In this document: positions 12,701 to 22,848 of the stretch, piece after piece | How positions within the stretch are numbered: the first letter of the stretch is position 1 | Layout of the letters: every line of letters starts with the position of its first letter | NCBI GenBank assembly: GCA_950097015.1 | Contig: CATNEN010000030.1 | Location: 4,092,001-4,156,000, forward strand | Direction: 5' to 3' | DNA: 64,000 nt | Source: Macrostomum hystrix | Taxonomy: Eukaryota > Animalia > Platyhelminthes | Translations under genes and position numbers: made by a program | Notes under the pieces: generated by a model | The model's database searches: none | Seen by the model: only the letters and a program-made list of their open reading frames with translations | What the model was told of the DNA's origin: nothing

Positions 12701-15700
12701 CAAGCTGCTGATTAGAGTGCCAAGCTGCTGATTGAAATGCCAAGCTGATGATTGGAGTGCCAAGCTGATGATTGAAATGCCAAGCTGCTGATTGAAATGC
12801 CAAGCTGATGATTGGAGTGCCAAGCTGATGATTGAAATGCCAAGCTGCTGATTGAAAGGCCAAGCTGATGATTGGAGTGCCAAGCTGCTGATTGGAGTGC
12901 CAAGCTGCTGATTAGAGTGCCAAGCTGCTGATTGGAGTGCCAAGCTGCTGATTGAAATGCCAAGCTGATGATTGAAAGGCCAAGCTGATGATTGAAAGGC
13001 CAAGCTGATGATTGAAATGCCAAGCTGATGATTGGAGTGCCAAGCTGATGATTGAAATGCCAAGCTGCTGATTGAAAGGCCAAGCTGATGATTGGAGTGC
13101 CAAGCTGATGATTGAAATGCCAAGCTGCTGATTGAAAGGCCAAGCTGATGATTGGAGTGCCAAGCTGATGATTGGAGTGCCAAGCTGCTGATTAGAGTGC
13201 CAAGCTGCTGATTGGAGTGCCAAGCTGCTGATTGAAATGCCAAGCTGATGATTGGAGTGCCAAGCTGCTGATTGGGGTGCCAAGCTGCTGATTGGGGTGC
13301 CAAGCTGCTGATTGGAGTGCCAAGCTGCTGATTGGAGTGCCAAGCTGCTGATTGGAGTGCCAAGCTGATGATTGAAATGCCAAGCTGATGATTGAAATGC
13401 CAAGCTGATGATTGAAAGGCCAAGCTGATGATTGAAATGCCAAGCTGCTGATTGAAATGCCAAGCTGCTGATTGGAGTGCCAAGCTGATGATTGAAATGC
13501 CAAGCTGATGATTGAAAGGCCAAGCTGATGATTGAAATGCCAAGCTGATGATTGAAATGCCAAGCTGCTGATTGAAATGCCAAGCTGCTGATTGAAATGC
13601 CAAGCTGCTGATTGGAGTGCCAAGCTGATGATTGAAAGGCCAAGCTGATGATTGAAATGCCAAGCTGATGATTGAAAGGCCAAGCTGATGATTGAAAGGC
13701 CAAGCTGATGATTGAAATGCCAAGCTGATGATTGAAATGCCAAGCTGATGATTGAAAGGCCAAGCTGCTGATTGAAATGCCAAGCTGATGATTGAAAGGC
13801 CAAGCTGCTGATTAGAGTGCCAAGCTGCTGATTGAAATGCCAAGCTGATGATTGGAGTGCCAAGCTGCTGATTGAAAGGCCAAGCTGATGATTGGAGTGC
13901 CAAGCTGCTGATTGGAGTGCCAAGCTGATGATTGAAATGCCAAGCTGATGATTGAAATGCCAAGCTGATGATTGAAAGGCCAAGCTGCTGATTGAAATGC
14001 CAAGCTGATGATTGAAAGGCCAAGCTGCTGATTAGAGTGCCAAGCTGCTGATTGAAATGCCAAGCTGATGATTGGAGTGCCAAGCTGCTGATTGAAAGGC
14101 CAAGCTGATGATTGGAGTGCCAAGCTGCTGATTGGAGTGCCAAGCTGATGATTGAAATGCCAAGCTGATGATTGAAATGCCAAGCTGATGATTGAAAGGC
14201 CAAGCTGATGATTGAAATGCCAAGCTGCTGATTGAAATGCCAAGCTGCTGATTGGAGTGCCAAGCTGATGATTGAAAGGCCAAGCTGATGATTGAAAGGC
14301 CAAGCTGATGATTGGAGTGCCAAGCTGATGATTGAAATGCCAAGCTGCTGATTGAAAGGCCAAGCTGATGATTGGAGTGCCAAGCTGATGATTGGAGTGC
14401 CAAGCTGCTGATTAGAGTGCCAAGCTGCTGATTGGAGTGCCAAGCTGCTGATTGAAATGCCAAGCTGATGATTGGAGTGCCAAGCTGCTGATTGGGGTGC
14501 CAAGCTGCTGATTGGGGTGCCAAGCTGCTGATTGGAGTGCCAAGCTGCTGATTGGAGTGCCAAGCTGCTGATTGGAGTGCCAAGCTGATGATTGAAATGC
14601 CAAGCTGATGATTGAAATGCCAAGCTGATGATTGAAAGGCCAAGCTGATGATTGAAATGCCAAGCTGCTGATTGAAATGCCAAGCTGCTGATTGGAGTGC
14701 CAAGCTGATGATTGAAATGCCAAGCTGATGATTGAAAGGCCAAGCTGATGATTGAAATGCCAAGCTGATGATTGAAATGCCAAGCTGCTGATTGAAATGC
14801 CAAGCTGCTGATTGAAATGCCAAGCTGCTGATTGGAGTGCCAAGCTGATGATTGAAAGGCCAAGCTGATGATTGAAATGCCAAGCTGATGATTGAAAGGC
14901 CAAGCTGATGATTGAAAGGCCAAGCTGATGATTGAAATGCCAAGCTGATGATTGAAATGCCAAGCTGATGATTGAAAGGCCAAGCTGCTGATTGAAATGC
15001 CAAGCTGATGATTGAAAGGCCAAGCTGCTGATTAGAGTGCCAAGCTGCTGATTGAAATGCCAAGCTGATGATTGGAGTGCCAAGCTGCTGATTGAAAGGC
15101 CAAGCTGATGATTGGAGTGCCAAGCTGCTGATTGGAGTGCCAAGCTGATGATTGAAATGCCAAGCTGATGATTGAAATGCCAAGCTGATGATTGAAAGGC
15201 CAAGCTGATGATTGAAATGCCAAGCTGCTGATTGAAATGCCAAGCTGCTGATTGGAGTGCCAAGCTGATGATTGAAAGGCCAAGCTGATGATTGAAAGGC
15301 CAAGCTGATGATTGAAATGCCAAGCTGATGATTGAAATGCCAAGCTGCTGATTGAAATGCCAAGCTGCTGATTGAAATGCCAAGCTGCTGATTGGAGTGC
15401 CAAGCTGATGATTGAAAGGCCAAGCTGATGATTGAAATGCCAAGCTGATGATTGAAAGGCCAAGCTGATGATTGAAAGGCCAAGCTGATGATTGAAATGC
15501 CAAGCTGATGATTGAAAGGCCAAGCTGATGATTGAAATGCCAAGCTGATGATTGAAATGCCAAGCTGATGATTGAAAGGCCAAGCTGCTGATTGAAATGC
15601 CAAGCTGATGATTGAAAGGCCAAGCTGCTGATTAGAGTGCCAAGCTGCTGATTGAAATGCCAAGCTGATGATTGGAGTGCCAAGCTGCTGATTGAAAGGC

Positions 15701-16081
15701 CAAGCTGATGATTGGAGTGCCAAGCTGCTGATTGGAGTGCCAAGCTGCTGATTAGAGTGCCAAGCTGCTGATTGGAGTGCCAAGCTGCTGATTGAAATGC
15801 CAAGCTGATGATTGGAGTGCCAAGCTGCTGATTGGGGTGCCAAGCTGCTGATTGGAGTGCCAAGCTGCTGATTGGAGTGCCAAGCTGCTGATTGGAGTGC
15901 CAAGCTGATGATTGAAATGCCAAGCTGATGATTGAAAGGCCAAGCTGATGATTGAAATGCCAAGCTGATGATTGAAATGCCAAGCTGCTGATTGAAATGC
16001 CAAGCTGCTGATTGAAATGCCAAGCTGCTGATTGGAGTGCCAAGCTGCTGATTGGAGTGCCAAGCTGCTGATTGGAGTGCC
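9716..16081. repeat. 20-bp satellite array, about 318 units, with variant units and higher-order structure
   Basis: Unit CAAGCTG(A/C)TGATTG(AAAT/AAAG/GAGT/GGGT)GC, plus a rarer ATTAGAGTGC variant; register is kept across 6.4 kb. Confidence 0.99.
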
Positions 16082-16747
16082 GATCTATTAGTTTGACACT
16101 CCAAATTAGTTGGCAACATCATTCAACTTTAAAGTTGGCAGTCAAATCATCTTGGTCCTTTAATCGGTGAATTACGAGCTAAGAAATGTTTCATGAAAAT
16201 GTTTTTGTGTGACTAAACGCAATCATGCTTGTGCTATAGTTACGTGCAAAAAAATATCACCGTTAATGAAAAGCTATCATTAAGACTGGACAAAGGCAAT
16301 TTTCTTAAAAAACACAGCTCATAACCTAGAATACAAGTGCTGATTTGATATTCATTGCGATTCTTACTTGCACATTCTCCCAACCGATGACGCAATTAAA
16401 ATTGTAGATGAAAATACAAGCATATTCTGAATAAAAAACTCAAACGTATGCATAACGAGCTACTAATAGGCCATTGGTGTGGAAAACTTGTGAAAACACA
16501 AAAAGACGAAAAGGAAACTTAAAAAATGTGATCTCACTGCGGCTGTACCTGCTTAAAGCATCATTTAACGCACGAGAAAAAAATCAGTTTTCACAAAATC
16601 TGACAAACTTTCTCTCAAAGCGAAAGTAATTGCGATTGTCCACTGCAACGAAGACTCAAATACTCGTAATACCCTAGCAGTGACAAATGTGAAGTGAAGA
16701 AACTGGATCGTAGTTTTGGAACTGACTCGATAGAGAGAGACAAACAG

Positions 16748-16812
16748 CTATTGATTCTGCTGGCGCCCTTTGTACTCGCCTAAGAAGCTTCCATCTTCAT
16801 TGAACTTGTCCA
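16748..16812 (-). CDS. Orphan terminal exon encoding an L1CAM-type ankyrin-binding motif (paralog A tail)
   Basis: Acceptor aattgcag followed by TG GAC AAG TTC AAT GAA GAT GGA AGC TTC TTA GGC GAG TAC... = (M/V)DKFNEDGSFLGEYKGRQQNQ*. Same phase as, and homologous to, the terminal exons at 22849-22922 and 28491-28576. Confidence 0.8.
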
Positions 16813-17079
16813 CTGCAATTGAAACAGAAAAAAATATTTCCTTACAATTAGATTATTGGGACATTATGACAGGTAAAATATAAACATACTCTTATATCTC
16901 GTCTATGAAATTGGCGTAAGTACGAGCGGTGTCCCAAAAATAGTGGGAAAGCTCGATGCACAGGCTAAGTAGTAAACAACATTTATTGAAACTCACGTCA
17001 CTGACAAATAAATATTCAACTGTTCAAAAGCTTTTTGAATCAATTAAAAATGTCAATTTATTTAAAAGTTATGGCTAAA

Positions 17080-17821
17080 ATTATAACAAGGAGTTAGGGA
17101 TAGAGTCAAGGCCCCAGCCCAAGTTTGTCCAAGATGTCGACAAGAAGCTCAACGCCAAGATGTCGCAATGTGGCATGGCATCCTGCCCGGACATGCTGAA
17201 GGCCACCCTTATCCGCTGCCTGCCGAGCGAGCTCCGCATTGCGCTGTCCGGTTTCCAGAAGGAGACGCCGGAGAAACTGGCAGAGATCGCCGACTTCATG
17301 GTCAGCTACCACAACACGGTGGTGGGTTCCGTTAGCGTCGTAAAACCACAACCGTCGCCGATGTACAACGCCTGGCCGAAAGAAGAGCCTCAACGCCGAC
17401 AGCTGCTGCCTCCGGGTAGCCTCGCACCATTCAAGCCTGGACAGCGTCCAGTCATCTGTCGAGCGTACGTCTACTACGGCGATCGGGCACGTACCTGCCG
17501 ACCGTGGTGTCGTTTCCGCCGGCCCCGGGGGACAGGCGACCGCGGATCCTTGACAACCACGAGATAACGCTAGCTCAGTCTATGGCTGAGTCACCGACAC
17601 GCCAGTCGTCAAACTAGAAGGCAATGCCCAACCCGCCGCAGTCAGTAGTGGACCACCCTCGGCGGCGAGCAAGAAATTCCTGATGTCAAAATCGACAGCC
17701 AATACTACCCGTTCCTAGTCGACACTGGCGCAGCGGTATCGATAATTCCGCAGAAACAATTCCACTGGGACCTTCAGGAGACCGGTTTTCGCCTTACCAC
17801 CGCCACAGGTGCACCAGTCCA
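17080..17821 (+). mobile_element. Internal fragment of a Ty3/gypsy LTR retrotransposon (gag C-terminus plus aspartic protease), degenerate
   Basis: Gag-like ...LKATLIRCLPSELRIALSG...PEKLAEIADFM...ICRAYVYYGDRARTCRPWCRF (17160-17567), then protease YPFLVDTGAAVSIIP...LTTATGAPVQL (DTG at 17721). There are stops between gag and protease, no LTRs are seen, and the protease is cut off at about 17821. Confidence 0.85.
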
Positions 17822-18502
17822 GCTGATCGTAACAACTATTTGGGGATCAATGAATTGAAAGCTGGAAAACGAATCGCTTGTACTCGAAGAATTCGTCTGG
17901 ATCAGGAAGTTGATTGCGTCATCTGTTAGAAATCGTTGATAATAGTTGTCAATGATGACACCTGGCTTATTAACAGTTAAACTTGATTTGCTGATTGCAT
18001 TCAGATTGTATACAAAAAGACTGTTGGACGAAATTAATCCACTAGTAAAATCCACACGAACTTGCAGCTGAACATTCTGAGAAAAGGCTGTGTCGTAGGT
18101 TTGCATGGAGTCAAGAAGTGTGAAGTGGTAGTCGACACCTTCTCTACCGCTCACCTTACCGATGGTAAATGGCATTGTGCTGCCACAGTATTGAGTACTC
18201 AACTGAACACTGTCGAGTGCTACGTCCACACTAGCACTAGAATCTGAGCACTTGTATTTTAGAATCTTGAAACCGGAGCTGCTGCTGACGTCACCTCCGA
18301 TGTTGATCCGGATAATGAGTTTCTTGTCCTTGTTAAGGAAGGCCAGCTTATTTGAGACGCCAACTTCCCAGACATCGTCCCACGAGAGCATTATATTGTT
18401 TGACTGTGAGTAGACGAACTGCGGCGACTTTTGAGCACAACTGACAGCCAGCAGTGCCGCTAGCAAAGCAATGAGAAGCAATAGGCTCTTGCTCTGAGAC
18501 AT
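17774..18502 (-). pseudogene. Truncated paralog A of the L1-tail receptor family (signal peptide plus N-terminal domain only; pseudogene or secreted form)
   Basis: 242-aa open frame, about 98% nucleotide identity (by eye) to the first ~230 codons of the gene at 25719. Homology ends at about 17821, where gypsy protease sequence begins; the last ~15 codons and the stop come from antisense transposon DNA. ATG at 18502 is directly preceded by a tttcctttag acceptor. Confidence 0.8.
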
Positions 18503-18790
18503 CTAAAGGAAATATTGGTTCGTGAGTTCGTACGAGTTATTGCTGCATTGTTAAATATGTGCACACAGTGAGGATGCCTGCTAAAAAACTCTTCAGGATG
18601 TTTGCTCTCATGCACTATAGAGGTCTGATATATTTTTTTAACGATTAACTTTTGAAAAGGGCGTTTCAAACAGGTGTTTGGTTTTCACAGTTCAGTCCCA
18701 TAACCGTTGATAGGCCTCGCTATGTTTCCCTGGGAAAAGACTATGGGGATTTTTAAATACCCGCTGCCGCTGCCTGCTTCACGACAGCTC

Positions 18791-20294
18791 CCAAATCGAT
18801 TGACCGATTTTCGTAGAAATCCAGCAATTGAAAAATCCCCGCCATTTATGTAACTTTCAAAGCCGACCGACGTCAACATCGACGAGATATTCAGCGATTC
18901 TTGTCGAAGACCCTGTTGATAGGGACAACCAACATTTAAGCAATTTAATCCTTAGTGAAAAATCTGGCTATTAAAGAATTGTTTTTCATTGTCTATGGCC
19001 TGAAAATGGGTCTATGGAGCAATCATTTGAGAATCTGGGCGCGCTATGAATCCTTTCCATATATGTGCAAGCCTTAGACCATAGAAAATAACAGATTTTA
19101 TGAGACAAACAGATATGGCAGACAAAGAAATTAGCGAGCAGAGCACTGATGAAAGTTTTGCTACAGCCGAAGATGCAGTGGATGAGCAGAATCCTGCAGG
19201 GCGAGAACCCTGTCGCCAGATGAGCAACGAAAAATACGACCTGATTGTCGCTGCCATCGAGAGAGGTGATAGTGCTGAGCACATTTCACGATGGCTGGAC
19301 GTAAAGAGAAAAGAGTAAACAGTGTATCTTTGAAATCACGTGAATCAAAAAAAAAATCCTGTGAAATCACGGGACGCCGGAACCGCGCACGACGGGGTGG
19401 AGATCGAGCATCGAAACTGGAAGAGCAACACATCCAACTGCTTCCTTCATCACTGGATAGCAATCCTCTCAAGACGATGAAAGAGTTGCGATGCAAGCTG
19501 ACTGACACCTATCCAGTTTGAGCTGACCTGGCAGGTTGTAGTACTGCCTCCATATTCTCCATTTCTGAACCCGACCGAGTGTGCGCATTCTTATTTGAAG
19601 GCGGCCATAAAGCGGCAACTTGCGCAGGCACAGATGCAAATCGAATTGGACAATCCACCGCCAGAGACAACACTGCTCGAGTGGCGCGTACTTGTTCTTC
19701 ATCGAATTGCGGAGGAGGCAACGGCTGAGATCACAGTAGCCAAATGCGGTGGCTGGTTTCGGCAGATGCTTCGCTTCATCCCGCGCTGCTTAAACGAGGA
19801 AGAAATTCTCTGAAAATTGATCGGGTCGGATTTCAATCTGTCCAACACTGTTTTGAGAGAACAACACGATTGTATATCGCTTGTATTGTATACACGCTTG
19901 TATACACGATTGTATACACGCTTATACTGTATGCCATGGTTTTGCCTTTCCCTGTTTTCATTGGTTGCTCTGTAGTAAGTTTTTATGTCAATCGTTTTAG
20001 ACGTGCCATCTACGAGTATTTGCAGACATTGTTTCAGTGAAGCTATTCATATTCATCAACACAAAAATATACGAGCACTGTGGAAAGCATTCATAGCGCG
20101 CCCAAATTCGCAAATTCATTGCTCCATAGACCCCTTTCATGCCATAGACAATGAAAAGGAAGTCTTTAACAGCTTGATTTTTCTACTAAGGATTAAATTG
20201 CTTGTTACTTTGCTTAATTGTTTTAAAAAATGCTATATTATTGAACCAATAATTCATGTGGTGGACATTGACGAAAATGGGTCAATCGGTTTGG
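18791..20294 (+). mobile_element. Internally deleted IS630/Tc1/mariner-family DNA transposon with long imperfect terminal inverted repeats
   Basis: 18938-19070 is the reverse complement (roughly 85%) of 20080-20203, and 18791-18814 matches the reverse complement of 20271-20294. Inside are frameshifted HTH pieces (...GGDRASKLEEQHIQLL...NPLKTMKELRCKL) joined directly to LPPYSPFLNPTE (19544-19579), the last catalytic motif of DDE_3 transposases. Exact outer ends and TA TSD were not resolved. Confidence 0.85.
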
Positions 20295-22848
20295 TATCAA
20301 GCTAAATTATGCATCTGCATAATTGATTCCCAACTGTGCTACAGTCGGAAATTCTATTCAGGTGGGAAAGCACAGCCTATATAAATAATGAGAAAGGATG
20401 ACGGCGGCCTTTTGTACTCAGAATTCCACAGGGATTATGGAAGCCATGCATCACTCAGCCTATCTGTAGCTCGTATAGCTCTGTATTGGGACAGATTTAG
20501 CAAAACTGTCTGGAAAAGTACACCTGCACGCAATAAAATACTAAAATACTAGCGCTGCCCTAGTTCTGTGGGAGGGCTTGGGAATAGGAGGTCTGCGGTT
20601 TCCCGTGCACGCTCACCTCCGCTCGCCACCCCCTCCTCTTTCTCTCTCTCGTTCCAGCTGTCTGCGCACTGAGTCATATTGCACGCCATGGTGCAATCGC
20701 TTCGGTTCGGAAGAAGACTGGCAGAATATCGCTCAAATGCTCCCTCAAATGCTCCTATTATAAGTAGAGCACAGTCCGTCGAATACTCCGGATGGTGTTA
20801 GCATTGTGGCAGCACACTTTCTCTACTTAGATGGCACATCTAGGACTGTTTTTTCTTCATGCGTTTGCCTTCAACTTAGAAGCGTAAATTTGCTCTTTGT
20901 GTCTCAGTCGTCAAGACTAGGATACGCTATGTTGACTAAGTTAGACATTCCTCATAGAGACTTAGAGAACTTACACTTACACTTAGAGAACTCCCCATCC
21001 CTAAGTTAGGACCCCAACGGGGAAATTTGTCAATCCTAGCCTGACTACCAGGTTGTGTCCACTGCGAAGACGCACCAGTGTTGAGGCCGGTAAAATCCTC
21101 TCTGAGTCTAGCGTTCCTGTCTTGGTTATTTTACCAATTGTGTGTGCCACGCTACCACAGGTACAACAATACTTATTAATTGGATTGACGATAAATATTT
21201 AATTCAACGAGAGGTTTGTAACAATATGCGAAGCTTAATAGTAAGTCAATACCTATTGGCGACAAACTTGCGGAGCACAATAATTATCCAGCAAATTTGG
21301 TGCGTCACGCTCTGCTCTGGCAGTCACAGACAATGCGTACGGACAATGGCTTCAGCTACTACGCCAAGCTAGGTTGTATGAGTATAGATGGCATAATGAG
21401 ACCTACCCGATGCTAGGAAATCAGAAGCGGCTACCTCATCATTTATCCTGCCTAGGCTGTCCCAACACCAGCCAGCGCAGCTTCCGCACGTCCGCCCGCT
21501 TGTGAGCTAAACAGCCTGATATATACCTACCGCGCAGCCAAGGTTTATTCAATTGCACTTCCACTGCGTCTGATGTCGCATTAAGAAAAAACCATAGCAG
21601 AACCTAAGATACTTTCGCTAAACCGAAGCAATTAGCTTTTTTATTGCGCTTTTAACTGGCTTAAAACCCAGTTGACTTCTAAAATTAGGGACTCGCGCAA
21701 ATAAAAAAGAAAAAAATATTTTATTTTATTAAGCCAGATTATTGCGAGCTAATTTAAATAAATGAGCACAGCAAGTGGAAAACACTTGACAGCAATAACA
21801 AGAACAACTGTAGAAGCCGAATAAAATTGAAAAAATCCATACTGTCAAATATGTATGTCGTTAAGTCATATAGTAACGATGATTAAATGAAATTTTAAGG
21901 TCATTTAGTGCTCAATAAAAAATGTAAATACTAAAAATAATTATCAATAGCTACTAATAGCGAGCAGCAATTTGTGTTGTACACGATTTGAAATACACTC
22001 GAATAAAAAATGATTCAAATGATAAAAAAGGACAAATAACATCCATCGTCTGTGTACTCACAAAAAGAAATTTCTGCAAGGACTGGAAAATTGAAATCAA
22101 AGAATTGTGTACAATATTAGAGAAAAAACTATTATTAAAATTACTCGACCAAAACCTTCAAAAGCCTCAGTTTCAGCTACAGGGTCATTGTGTCAAAGAT
22201 GGTGTTTAAAGATCAGAAAAAGCCAGTAAAATGAGCTAGCAATAAATTCATGTTGTATAATGGACTGAATAAAAAATCACAAACAAGGCTAAAACAACCC
22301 AGCGCTGTCATTAGGACTAGACGCTGAGGATAAAGTTTGAGCGGATAAAAACACATTGGATAATTAGAAAGCGAATCATCAAATAGCATGCTTAAATCAG
22401 TTTTAAATACAATGATTGGATTGATTGGATTCCGCTAAAATAAAGAAAGCGAAAAAATAGATCGTGCAATACAATATGGATAAAGTCTAAACGACAAAAA
22501 TAGCGAAAAAATCATCAAACTTTGGCAGCAGAAATCAAAGCTAAGCGCGATTCAAATACTGTGCAAAATCAGCTTCAAAAATTGATTTGAGAAGCGAATA
22601 AATATAGTAAATTCGATTTAAGCATTGGCTAAAAATGAGAGCAGTCATGCGCCGCAGACAGGCTCCACGACTAGAAATAGTCTAAACACAAAAACAATCG
22701 ATTAGACTATTGTTGTCTTTGGTGTTTCAGAGCTAGAAAAAAAACATCAGGGTTGTCTCTACGATAATCGCAACTTACTAGTGTTCGATTGCAAAATTGA
22801 GTTCTTCCATTTCTTGCTTTTACCCAAAACGTTTAAACGTTGCCTCTA

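Noticed and set aside
9716-16081. CRISPR-like appearance of constant and variable blocks
   Set aside because: The variable parts are a few point variants of one unit, not unique spacers; the context is eukaryotic and there are no cas genes.
9716-16081. Hammerhead ribozyme core words CTGATGA and GAAA in each satellite unit
   Set aside because: Only 2 nt separate the motifs (no stem II), and no complementary strands exist for stems I and III.
9671-16122. Many long ORFs (up to 943 aa) of AFQSSAWHFNHQLGISIISL type
   Set aside because: Translations of a 20-bp satellite that lacks stops in some frames; the same peptide appears in all three frames.
16990-17005. Possible 4-nt microexon (tgtcag|TGAC|gtgagt, minus strand) upstream of the orphan exon
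   Set aside because: Chance-level motif with no coding partner; it may be a remnant of the paralog A donor but cannot be supported.
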